This document shows, piece after piece, positions 26,397-34,558 of a stretch of 48,887 nt of DNA; the first letter of the stretch is position 1; each line of letters begins with the position of its first letter. Under the pieces are notes generated by a model. It ran no database searches. It was given only the letters and a program-made list of their open reading frames with translations, and was not told the DNA's origin. The translations under genes were made by a program, and so were the position numbers. The stretch covers positions 3,759 to 52,645 of the forward strand of contig JBDGRM010000020.1 in NCBI GenBank assembly GCA_042218035.1, written 5' to 3'. The DNA comes from Candidatus Magasanikiibacteriota bacterium (GTDB taxonomy: Bacteria; Patescibacteriota; Minisyncoccia; UBA6257; GWB1-50-10).

Positions 26397-26777
26397 ATGG
26401 CGTTCAAACGAGGAATTTTTTCGATCTTTCACGAATTCTTTGGATTTGACGGGTTCAGCGCTGCAGAGCTCGCTGCGATGAAGAAGAAGGACTTGGTTGT
26501 CACAAAGGACATGGCCGCCATCGCAGCTTTTAAGATTGGAGCGCTCATGAATGAGCTCGACTTCACTCCACCCTTTGAGGGTGCGAGCGCGTACTCCAAT
26601 TTAAAGGTCCACCTGAGCCTCAATGGAGCCCAGCTCGTTTGGGGCAAAGTTCCTCAGACTGGCTATGCCCGCCCGAGCAAAACCGAAGACGACTTTATCT
26701 TCCTCTTCAATCAGGAAGAGGAATGGGTCGGGATGGCTCGCTCTCAGGCTGAACCTGAACCCAAAGAAGCTTCCTAA
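26397..26777 (+). CDS. Hypothetical protein, GC-rich ORFan #1 (126 aa)
   Basis: ATG-initiated ORF. 33 of 60 nt are G+C at 26461..26520, against 16 of 60 at 26281..26340. Third codon positions are mostly G/C (GAG, AAG, CTC, GCC). No motif recognised. Confidence 0.7.
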   Translation: MAFKRGIFSIFHEFFGFDGFSAAELAAMKKKDLVVTKDMAAIAAFKIGALMNELDFTPPFEGASAYSNLKVHLSLNGAQLVWGKVPQTGYARPSKTEDDFIFLFNQEEEWVGMARSQAEPEPKEAS

Positions 26778-26799
26778 CCGAATAGTTTTTCTAATTTAT

Positions 26800-26834
26800 C
26801 CCGGGACATTGAGTTGTCCCGGGCTTTTTATTTT
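26800..26834 (+). terminator. Intrinsic terminator of ORFan #1
   Basis: CCCGGGAC-N8-GTCCCGGG followed by CTTTTTATTTT. Confidence 0.85.
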
Positions 26835-26919
26835 AGATTTAGTTTTAGTAATTTTGACAATCTTTCTGAGTTTGGGTTTACTGACAATAGCCTACCTTCA
26901 AAAAAATCTTCTATCTGAT

Positions 26920-27732
26920 ATGGATACAATCGATTTTATTTTTAGAGGTGATAACAGTTCTGGTTTTCAAAGCAGGGAAGAAGAAATGCGTTGCATCAAA
27001 AAAGCCAAGAAAGGAGATCGAAAAGCCAGAAATAAAATATTAGAAAAACACAAAAAATTTGTCTTTAAATTCATTCAGCAATGGAACAATGACAACGTTG
27101 ATATTAAAGATCTATTTCAAGAAGCATTGCTTGGGTTGATCGAGGCAATAGAAAAAGTCGAACCTCAGAGAGATGTAAAATTCTTAAGCTATGCCCGATA
27201 CCATGTTAAAAGAAAAGCGCTTGATTTTTTGACTCAAACCAACGATTTGATAAGACTTCCTCAAAACAAAAAGACCCTCTTACTTGAAATAAGAAAAACG
27301 AGAGATCGATTGAAGCAACAAAACCTAGAAGAGCCTAATCTTTCTGAGATTGCAGAAGAGATGAACAGAGACATAGAAGATTTAGAATTCGTAATCCGAA
27401 CATCTCAGACCCCAAGATTTTTAGAAGACAAGATCGGCTCAGACTCTAACCCGTTAAGACTAAAGGAAGTATTGTCAGCCCCTGAAAGAAAAGAATCAGA
27501 AAATATATCAAATGAAAGATTTCGTAAGTTTATTAGAAAGCATCTTTCAAAATTATCTCAAAGAGAGGCAGAAATACTCGAGAAGTATTTTGGGATAAAT
27601 TGTAAGTCTCAAAATTTAAAACAGATTGCAAACTCAAAGGGCTTAACCAGAGAGAGGATTAGACAGATTAAACAGAAAGCTATCCGAAGGTTGAGGGACT
27701 TTAATGATGAAGAGTTAAGAATGTTTTTATAA
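26920..27732 (+). CDS. RNA polymerase sigma factor, sigma-70 family (regions 2, 3 and 4 present; no long region 1)
   Basis: 270 aa from the ATG at 26920 (MDTIDF...). Region 2 (DLFQEALLGLIEAIEKVEPQRDVKFLSYARYHVKRKALDFL, LIRLPQN) and region 4.2 (LKQIANSKGLTRERIRQIKQKAIRRLR). The track start at 26623 overlaps the upstream gene and its terminator, so I reject it. Confidence 0.85.
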   Translation: MDTIDFIFRGDNSSGFQSREEEMRCIKKAKKGDRKARNKILEKHKKFVFKFIQQWNNDNVDIKDLFQEALLGLIEAIEKVEPQRDVKFLSYARYHVKRKALDFLTQTNDLIRLPQNKKTLLLEIRKTRDRLKQQNLEEPNLSEIAEEMNRDIEDLEFVIRTSQTPRFLEDKIGSDSNPLRLKEVLSAPERKESENISNERFRKFIRKHLSKLSQREAEILEKYFGINCKSQNLKQIANSKGLTRERIRQIKQKAIRRLRDFNDEELRMFL

Positions 27733-27738
27733 CCTTAA

Positions 27739-27770
27739 CCCGGACTTTTTAGGTCCGGGCTTTTCTTTTT
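27739..27770 (+). terminator. Intrinsic terminator of the sigma factor gene
   Basis: CCCGGAC-N7-GTCCGGG followed by CTTTTCTTTTT. Confidence 0.85.
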
Positions 27771-27797
27771 GACAATATTTATAAGAATTACTATAAT
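27769..27797 (+). promoter_or_regulatory. Perfect consensus sigma-70 promoter
   Basis: TTGACA (27769..27774), exactly 17 nt, then TATAAT (27792..27797). Confidence 0.65.
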
Positions 27798-27875
27798 TTA
27801 AGTAACAGTAGGGTTTGAAAACTCACGTTTTTAAACCCTCCGAGCTACCTTTAAAAAAATATAACCTGAAATCTT

Positions 27876-28256
27876 ATGAAACTATTTGCCTCTTTTCTGC
27901 TTTTAGCAGTGATTGGAGCTGCGCTTGCAAGCAGACTCAATTCCGAGTCTTGGGAGGTTTGGACAGTTTGGGGACTTGTCTCCTTGCTGTCGCTGATAGT
28001 CCTTTATCCTTCCGTGCTACATAAACCCCAAGAGGCATTTTATGCAATGGTTGCAGCCTCCGTTTTTGGATGGATTATTCCAGATATTGGCTCTGCGATT
28101 TCCTCTCTTTTAGCGCAGCCAAAAACTTGGGGTTTAATTCTGATAATTTCGTTAGGGGTTTGTTTGGTTTACAATCCCCAATTTCTTTACCCACTTCTCG
28201 TATTGGGGTTAGTAATTGTCGGCTTTAAAACCATGCTAAAACCCCTTGTAAAATAA
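27876..28256 (+). CDS. Hypothetical 4-TM membrane protein
   Basis: 126 aa with four hydrophobic helices. No motif recognised. Confidence 0.65.
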   Translation: MKLFASFLLLAVIGAALASRLNSESWEVWTVWGLVSLLSLIVLYPSVLHKPQEAFYAMVAASVFGWIIPDIGSAISSLLAQPKTWGLILIISLGVCLVYNPQFLYPLLVLGLVIVGFKTMLKPLVK

Positions 28257-28257
28257 C

Positions 28258-28349
28258 TCGGGAGGGCGGGGAGCCTGCACCCCGTTCGGTGCAAGCCGAG
28301 AAAAACGCAGCCATACAGGGCGTGAAGTTTTACTTCACGCCCTTTTTTA
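28258..28349 (+). ncRNA. GC-rich structured element ending in a strong intrinsic terminator (3' UTR element or small RNA; family unknown)
   Basis: CTCGG...CCGAG encloses the TGCACC-CCGTTC-GGTGCA hairpin. Next comes GGGCGTGAAG-TTTTA-CTTCACGCCC (28318..28342) plus TTTTTT. It starts 2 nt after the stop of the 4-TM gene. Confidence 0.4.
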
Positions 28350-28431
28350 TTGGGAGTAAAAGGTTATCTTTTTAATTACTTTCCTTTATACTTATTACTG
28401 AGCTGTATTTTCACAAAAAAGTGTTTACCTC

Positions 28432-28602
28432 GTGCCTAGAACCCAAAATAGAAAAGCCCTCCACTTAAAAGGAACTGGGACAAAAAATAAACTTCCGAAA
28501 GAGTTATCAAAATATAAAAATCGCCTCCGAGCTCCCGACTTGCCTTGGTATAGAAACGAAGAATCCGAGAAGAGTTACAACAACAATACTCAACCGAGAT
28601 AA
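28432..28602 (+). CDS. Candidate 56-codon basic ORF (GTG start) hidden in an apparently empty 350-bp gap
   Basis: Own translation: (V/M)PRTQNRKALHLKGTGTKNKLPKELSKYKNRLRAPDLPWYRNEESEKSYNNNTQPR*. A terminator follows 33 nt later. No Shine-Dalgarno seen. Below the track cutoff. Confidence 0.3.
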   Translation: MPRTQNRKALHLKGTGTKNKLPKELSKYKNRLRAPDLPWYRNEESEKSYNNNTQPR

Positions 28603-28634
28603 GATTAGTTCTTCTAATGAAAAGTTTTTATTAA

Positions 28635-28667
28635 GGGTATAGAGTTCAAGCTCTATACCCTCTTTTT
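28635..28667 (+). terminator. Intrinsic terminator
   Basis: GGGTATAGAG-TTCAAG-CTCTATACCC (10-bp stem) followed by TCTTTTT. Confidence 0.8.
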
Positions 28668-28703
28668 AGTTATGCTAAAATAAAAAATGCAATTAGATTT
28701 AAT

Positions 28704-29408
28704 TTGAAAGTATTTATGGAAAATTTTGAAAAAATAAATAAAAAAAGAAACTCGAGTGATCAAATAGAAGAAGAGTCCTTTAAAAATAAAAAAAGTGATC
28801 CTGAGACTCTGCGAGAGATTGACCGACTTAATGAAAATCCAAAATTAATAGAAAAGAAAATGGACAATGGTGAATTGGCTGATTTTATCGAAAAAGTTAA
28901 ATCAACTCCGGAATTCAAAAAGTATAAAAAACAGAAAGTTAGGCTGGAAACCTTTTCGAAGATGAAAGAAAAATTAATTGACCGTCTGAAGCAGGTAGAT
29001 AAAAAGGATGAATACCAAGAAGAAATAATTAAGTTTTTTAAGGACAGAGTTAAATCTTTAAAATCAACCATTGAAGATTACAGACGAAATATAGTCAACA
29101 TGGAAAGATTGAGAGGTTCAGCTATAGGATTTCATATGAGCAATAGAGAAAAAAAGCAACGACTGAAAAAAGTTGATAGGGAGCGTCGTAATAATCACAA
29201 TTTGATCCAAGACTATTTAAGGCAAATTAATAGGTTGCCTAATAAAATAAATGAAGAATTGGACATTGATATCGAATGGAGTAGATTTTTTTCTTCTAGC
29301 CAAATAGAAAATAGAAACTCTGTTCGGGATTGGGCTTACAATACTGCTGTAGTTCAAAGAATGAAAGAACTACTTAAAAAAGCAAAAGAAAAAAAGGCAG
29401 AACACTGA
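28704..29408 (+). CDS. Hypothetical K/E/R-rich coiled-coil protein
   Basis: 234-aa ORF (TTG in the track; an ATG at 28716 is an alternative start). No motif recognised. Confidence 0.6.
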   Translation: MKVFMENFEKINKKRNSSDQIEEESFKNKKSDPETLREIDRLNENPKLIEKKMDNGELADFIEKVKSTPEFKKYKKQKVRLETFSKMKEKLIDRLKQVDKKDEYQEEIIKFFKDRVKSLKSTIEDYRRNIVNMERLRGSAIGFHMSNREKKQRLKKVDRERRNNHNLIQDYLRQINRLPNKINEELDIDIEWSRFFSSSQIENRNSVRDWAYNTAVVQRMKELLKKAKEKKAEH

Positions 29409-29427
29409 CTGAGTAGTGCCTGCCCTT

Positions 29428-29673
29428 TTACAAACTTTTTTCGGACAACTTGCTTGCCAGTTGTTCAACAAACAACTGCAATTCAAACTCATTATCTAAA
29501 TCAGCTTCAAATTCAGATATTTTATTAACTTTCTTTTTAAACTCGGCTAATTTCTTTTCCTGAAGAATATCTTCAGTGGCTAATTCTAGGGCTAATCTTT
29601 CCACCTCTTCAAAAAGCCGTGTGTTTCTGGACTTTCTTTTTGCAGTTTTCCATTTACTTATGAGGTTGTCCAT
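29428..29673 (-). CDS. Hypothetical 81-aa helical protein
   Basis: ATG-initiated ORF convergent with the previous gene. Charged, helical-looking. No motif. Confidence 0.5.
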   Translation of the reverse strand: MDNLISKWKTAKRKSRNTRLFEEVERLALELATEDILQEKKLAEFKKKVNKISEFEADLDNEFELQLFVEQLASKLSEKSL

Positions 29674-29810
29674 GTTTATCTAAATTTTTAAAAGAACGTA
29701 AGGAATAAATTACTTTAATATATAAATATTTAATCGTCAAATAAGCTGGAGCTAATTTAATTGAATTATGAACTTCTTTCAGTTTTAATAAAAAGAGATA
29801 ACTTTAGTTT

Positions 29811-32060
29811 TTGATGGCAAAAAATAAATCAAAATTCAGAGAATTCTTTGACCATATTCACGAAGAAACGAAAAAGAGTATTTGGGTGGTTACTTTTCTT
29901 GGGATAGCAATTCTTTTAATTTTAGCTGCTACAGGCCAAGCGGGGCCAGTGGGTAATAGCTTTTACTCTTTTTTTCATAGACTTTTTGGGATAGGTTATT
30001 ATCTCCTCCCTATCATCTCTTTTACTCTTGCCTTTTCTTTTATAAGTCCCGACAAAAAAAGGAGAGCCAGCGTCACTATAGGGGCGGTCATCTTTTTTAT
30101 ACTTTCTGGCCTCGGTTTTATAGATATAATTTCAAAAGGAACTGCTGGGCTGACAGGTTCAGTAGTAGGGTCTCTTAGTCAGCCGTTTGGAATTCCTGCC
30201 TCTTTAGTAATAACTGGCTTAATTTTAATTATTTCTTTTCTTCTAGTTTTAAATCGACCGCTTAAACCCAAAAAAGCCTGGGAAGCTATAAAATCAACAA
30301 TCCCTAACTGGAGACCGCCTAAAAGCTCTCAGTCTTCGCTGGAAGTGAAAGATATGACTGACTCTTCTAATGAAGACAGCTCTGAAAAAGATGATGATCA
30401 AGAAGACAAACAACCAGAAACCTCGAAAGAGGAAAATAGTACTAATGAAAGCATAAAGAAGGAAGTTGTAGATAAGGATAAGGCCAAAAAAGAAGAAACA
30501 AAACCATCAAAAGAAAACCCTGAGATCAAAACAAAAAATGGCAACTCACTTACCAGTAATTCTTCAGGCAACTATGAAGCTCCGCCGCTATCTTTGCTTA
30601 ATTCTAACACGAAAAAACCGACTATCGGCGACCTTAAGGCAAACGCAAATATTATTCAAAGGACCTTGGATAGTTTTGGTATTGATGTGGAAATGGGAGA
30701 AGTTGAAGTAGGCCCTACAGTAACCCGATACACCCTAAAACCTGCTGAAGGGGTAAAATTGTCAAAGATAACCTCTCTTAATCAAGACCTAGCGTTAGCA
30801 CTTGCAGCCCACCCTGTAAGAATCGAGGCTCCTATACCGGGTCGTTCCGTGGTAGGGGTAGAGGTCCCTAATGATTCTGCTGCGATGGTCCGGCTCGGAT
30901 CTTTGATAAGTATGGAAGAGTTTCAAAACTCTAACCCTCTCACAATAGCCTTGGGAAGGGATGTAAGCGGAGATCCGGTTTTTGTAGACATTGCAGAAAT
31001 GCCGCACTTATTAGTAGCCGGTGCTACCGGTTCGGGAAAATCCATAGCAATTCATTCTATGCTTGTATCGCTTTTATCCAAAAACTCTCCCGAAGATTTA
31101 AAATTGATCCTTACTGACCCAAAACGAGTTGAATTATCTGCTTATGAAGATATACCTCACCTTGTGACTGATGTTATTACCAAAAATAAAAAATCATTAT
31201 CTGCTCTGAAGTGGGCAATAGATGAAATGGAAAGACGTTATGAAACATTATTGGATGCCGGAGCCCGAGATATTAAAAGCTTTAACAAAAAAGACGACCA
31301 GCATATGCCCTACATTTTAATAGTAATGGATGAATTAGCTGATCTTATGAGCTCTCACGGCAAAGAAGTTGAGGGGGCAATAGTAAGGCTCGCTCAGATG
31401 TCCCGGGCTACAGGCATTCATTTGGTCGTCTCAACCCAGCGACCCTCGGTTGAAGTGATCACCGGTTTGATTAAAGCTAATATTACAACCAGAATAGCCC
31501 TGCAGGTTGCTTCCCAAGTGGATTCTAGAACTATTCTTGATTCTGGAGGTGCTGAAAAGCTATTAGGCAGCGGTGATATGTTGTATGAATCCTCTGAGTC
31601 TTCTAAACCAAGAAGGATTCAAGGGGCCTATATCTCTGAAAAAGAAATCAAGGATGTCGTGAATTACATTAAAGAGAACAATGAAACGGGAGAACAAGAA
31701 GTAGAACTAGAAAAAGAAGAAAAAAGCTCTTCTCAAGTGGATTTGGATGAATACCAGAAAAAACAAGAAAAAGATGAACTATATGAAGATGCGGTAAAGA
31801 TAGTCAAAAAGGCTGATAAGGGCTCGGCTTCCCTTTTGCAAAGAAGATTGAGAATAGGTTATGCAAGAGCAGCCCGCATTTTAGACCAGATGCATGAGGA
31901 GGGCATAGTAGGCCCTGCTAGAGGCTCAAAGGCCCGAAAAGTCTTAGTGGATACTGAAGAGGGGGGTAAAAATTCAAAGAAGCAAGAAGACCAACAAGAC
32001 TCTCAAGAAAAAAATGAAATAAAAGAATCGAACCCAGAAGAAGGGGGAGATAAAAAATAA
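29811..32060 (+). CDS. ftsK: DNA translocase FtsK/SpoIIIE
   Basis: 749 aa. N-terminal TM segments, an acidic linker, a motor domain with Walker A (GATGSGKS), and a C-terminal gamma winged-helix (LLQRRLRIGYARAARILDQM). Confidence 0.93.
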   Translation: MMAKNKSKFREFFDHIHEETKKSIWVVTFLGIAILLILAATGQAGPVGNSFYSFFHRLFGIGYYLLPIISFTLAFSFISPDKKRRASVTIGAVIFFILSGLGFIDIISKGTAGLTGSVVGSLSQPFGIPASLVITGLILIISFLLVLNRPLKPKKAWEAIKSTIPNWRPPKSSQSSLEVKDMTDSSNEDSSEKDDDQEDKQPETSKEENSTNESIKKEVVDKDKAKKEETKPSKENPEIKTKNGNSLTSNSSGNYEAPPLSLLNSNTKKPTIGDLKANANIIQRTLDSFGIDVEMGEVEVGPTVTRYTLKPAEGVKLSKITSLNQDLALALAAHPVRIEAPIPGRSVVGVEVPNDSAAMVRLGSLISMEEFQNSNPLTIALGRDVSGDPVFVDIAEMPHLLVAGATGSGKSIAIHSMLVSLLSKNSPEDLKLILTDPKRVELSAYEDIPHLVTDVITKNKKSLSALKWAIDEMERRYETLLDAGARDIKSFNKKDDQHMPYILIVMDELADLMSSHGKEVEGAIVRLAQMSRATGIHLVVSTQRPSVEVITGLIKANITTRIALQVASQVDSRTILDSGGAEKLLGSGDMLYESSESSKPRRIQGAYISEKEIKDVVNYIKENNETGEQEVELEKEEKSSSQVDLDEYQKKQEKDELYEDAVKIVKKADKGSASLLQRRLRIGYARAARILDQMHEEGIVGPARGSKARKVLVDTEEGGKNSKKQEDQQDSQEKNEIKESNPEEGGDKK

Positions 32061-32065
32061 ATAAA

Positions 32066-32815
32066 ATGACAAAAGACCCCAAAAAGTTTTCTACTATAAT
32101 CACTGAAGCTATGGAAAAAGAAGGAGTTACTATTAGCCAACTGGCCCAAGAAACCGGCATATCTGAAAACTTCATTAAATTTTTGGTAGAAGGTCGAATT
32201 GAAGAGCTCCCCTCTCGCCCGTATACTCATGGTTATGTATTAAAAATATGCAAAGTGCTTAATATGGATGGGGAGAAAATGTGGAATAAATTTTTTGATG
32301 ATTCGGAAAACCTTGAAGTTTCAGGGAGAAAAGATAAACTGCCGCAAAATAGATTTGCAGTTTCTAATTTAAATAAAAAAGCTGTTTTCATAGGGGTATT
32401 GATTTTAGCCTTGATTGGTTATTTTGTGTTCAGGGCCTTTGCTGGTGCAAATATCTCTGATGAATTTAAGGTGTTTAATTTAAAACAGGACACTACCACT
32501 GTGGTTAAGAAGTCAAAATATACTCTCAAAGGAAAGGTGAACCCTGAGTATAAGTTGACAGTTAATAACTCACCGGTATACCCTGAAGAAGGAGGAGGGT
32601 TTCAAAAAACAATTCAACTTGAACCTGGACTAAACGCTGTTCGGTTTAATATTCATGGTTTCTTGGGGCGAGAAGCTACTAAAGAAAAGAAAATATTTTT
32701 TAAAGCTACTTCCACTGATACTGAAAATGTTTCTACGAAAGAAGACAAAACTAAAGGCACCACCTCTACTTTGAATTCAAATAATTTTATAAATTCGCAA
32801 AATGGCTCAAGATAA
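32066..32815 (+). CDS. RodZ-like HTH (XRE-type) membrane protein
   Basis: 249 aa. N-terminal HTH ([23 protein letters not shown]), a single TM ([17 protein letters not shown]), and an extracytoplasmic C-terminal domain. Confidence 0.65.
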   Translation: MTKDPKKFSTIITEAMEKEGVTISQLAQETGISENFIKFLVEGRIEELPSRPYTHGYVLKICKVLNMDGEKMWNKFFDDSENLEVSGRKDKLPQNRFAVSNLNKKAVFIGVLILALIGYFVFRAFAGANISDEFKVFNLKQDTTTVVKKSKYTLKGKVNPEYKLTVNNSPVYPEEGGGFQKTIQLEPGLNAVRFNIHGFLGREATKEKKIFFKATSTDTENVSTKEDKTKGTTSTLNSNNFINSQNGSR

Positions 32816-33866
32816 AAATGAAGACAACTTAGATGATGTTTTAGACTCGCTCCAATCAAAATACGGAGAGGGGGCTGTAATGAAATTAGGAGACCAGCAA
32901 AAAGTGGAAGTCGATACTATTTCATCCGGCTCTTTTTCACTTGATCTAGCCCTGGGAGTAGGGGGACTGCCAAAAGGTAGAGTTATAGAAATATATGGCC
33001 CTGAAGCAAGCGGTAAAACTACGCTTGCTCTTCACGCTATAGCCGAAGCTCAAAAGGAAGGAGGGAAAGCCGCATTTATAGACGCAGAACACGCCCTTGA
33101 CCCTGAGTATGCAGGAAACATTGGAGTAGATGTAGATAACTTGGTTGTTTCTCAACCTGACAGCGGAGATGAGGCTCTAAATATCCTTGAAAGTCTAGTT
33201 GAGTCCGGAGCCTTTGATATAGTAGTGGTGGACTCTGTGGCGGCGCTTACTCCAAAAGAGGAAATAGAAGGTGAGATGGGTGACAAGCACGTGGGGCTGC
33301 AAGCAAGACTTATGTCTCAGGCCCTTCGTAAACTCACTTCTATAACTTCGAAAACAGGCACAGCCGTAATATTTATTAATCAAATAAGAATGAAGGTGGG
33401 GGTAAGATACGGAAACCCTGAGACCACTTCGGGAGGACGAGCTCTTAAATTTTATTCTTCAGTCCGCCTTGATATAAGAAGAAAAGCAAAGATTAAAAAA
33501 GATAATGAAGTTATTGGAAACAGAACAAGAGTTAAAGTAGTAAAGAATAAAGTTGCGCCACCCTTCAAAGTTGCAAAGTTTGATATATTTTACGGAAAAG
33601 GTATAGCTTATGAATCTGACTTACTTACTGTAGCCTCTCAACATGAAGTAGTAGAGAGGGCCGGTTCTTACTATAAATACGAAGGGGAAAATATAGGCCA
33701 AGGAAAAAGAAAGGCCATGAAAACCTTACAAGAAAACGAAGAATTACTTGAAGAAATAGAAGAGAAAACCCTAAAAGCTGTAGGAGAACTACCTGAAGAG
33801 GGAAAAGAAAATGAAGAGATCCAAGAAGAAGAGTCGGAAGACGACGAAAAAGACGAAGATGAATAA
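32802..33866 (+). CDS. recA: Recombinase RecA (acidic C-terminal tail)
   Basis: 354 aa. [12 protein letters not shown] (Walker A), IVVDSVAAL, and the canonical RecA core. Confidence 0.96.
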   Translation: MAQDKNEDNLDDVLDSLQSKYGEGAVMKLGDQQKVEVDTISSGSFSLDLALGVGGLPKGRVIEIYGPEASGKTTLALHAIAEAQKEGGKAAFIDAEHALDPEYAGNIGVDVDNLVVSQPDSGDEALNILESLVESGAFDIVVVDSVAALTPKEEIEGEMGDKHVGLQARLMSQALRKLTSITSKTGTAVIFINQIRMKVGVRYGNPETTSGGRALKFYSSVRLDIRRKAKIKKDNEVIGNRTRVKVVKNKVAPPFKVAKFDIFYGKGIAYESDLLTVASQHEVVERAGSYYKYEGENIGQGKRKAMKTLQENEELLEEIEEKTLKAVGELPEEGKENEEIQEEESEDDEKDEDE

Positions 33867-33887
33867 TTAGCCCAAAAAAGTAATTAT

Positions 33888-34250
33888 ATGAGCCTGATAA
33901 CAAAGCCTCTTTTCTCTGTTTTTTCAAATATAATATCAATTCTTGCAGCGCTCTATCTTGTAAAGGGGGTAACTTTCAGCGGTGATTTGAAAGGCTTGTT
34001 TATAGCAGCGGCTATTTTTACCGCCATTAATTACTTTCTAAAGCCATTGCTAAAGCTTCTTTTGGGGCCTGTAATAATCATTACTTTAGGGATTGGGACC
34101 ATATTCGTAAATGCTCTCACCCTCTATTTACTTGACATATTTACTGCTCATCTTACAATAAATGGGTACTTATCACTGTTTTTGGCTACTCTGATAATTG
34201 CAATCTTCAACTGGCTTGTAGAGTTTAGTGCAGAGTCTGCTCATGAGTAA
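33888..34250 (+). CDS. Small 4-TM membrane protein, DUF360/phage-holin-4-like (YvlD type)
   Basis: 120 aa. Its pattern (FIAAAIFTAINYFLKPLLKLLLGPVIIITLGI) resembles the holin-4/DUF360 family as I remember it. Confidence 0.5.
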   Translation: MSLITKPLFSVFSNIISILAALYLVKGVTFSGDLKGLFIAAAIFTAINYFLKPLLKLLLGPVIIITLGIGTIFVNALTLYLLDIFTAHLTINGYLSLFLATLIIAIFNWLVEFSAESAHE

Positions 34251-34320
34251 AGAAACGTGTATCGGGCAAAGAGCTTTTTCTTTTTGCCGGTTACAGGTTT
34301 CTTTAAACTAAACCTTATGT

Positions 34321-34530
34321 ATGCTTAATATACTTCAAGTCGTAGTTTCAGTAGTTCTGATAATATTAATACTTTTACAAGAAAGATCGAGTGGCTTATC
34401 CGGTGCCTTTGGCGGCTCAAGTGGAACTCCTTACCAAAAAAGAAGAGGGCTTGAAAAGTTTATTCATTGGGGAACTATAGTTACTGCCATACTCTTTGCT
34501 TTGCTCGCTGTTCTTAATCTCATCATCTAA
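34321..34530 (+). CDS. secG: Preprotein translocase subunit SecG
   Basis: 69 aa. VVLIILILLQERSSGLSGAFGG is typical of SecG. Confidence 0.8.
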   Translation: MLNILQVVVSVVLIILILLQERSSGLSGAFGGSSGTPYQKRRGLEKFIHWGTIVTAILFALLAVLNLII

Positions 34531-34558
34531 TTTTTACCAAGACAGACCTCCATTAAAA

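Noticed and set aside
26623-26919. The long N-terminal extension of the sigma factor ORF (track start at 26623)
   Set aside because: It overlaps the 3' end of ORFan #1 in another frame and reads straight through that gene's intrinsic terminator. The conserved sigma regions begin shortly after the ATG at 26920.
28520-28545. RNase P RNA, from the reverse-strand AAGGCAAGUCGGGAGCUCGGAGG resembling GAGGAAAGUCCGGGCUCC
   Set aside because: There is only partial similarity to one conserved block. The surrounding 400 nt are AT-rich and lack the other universally conserved RNase P regions I can recall.
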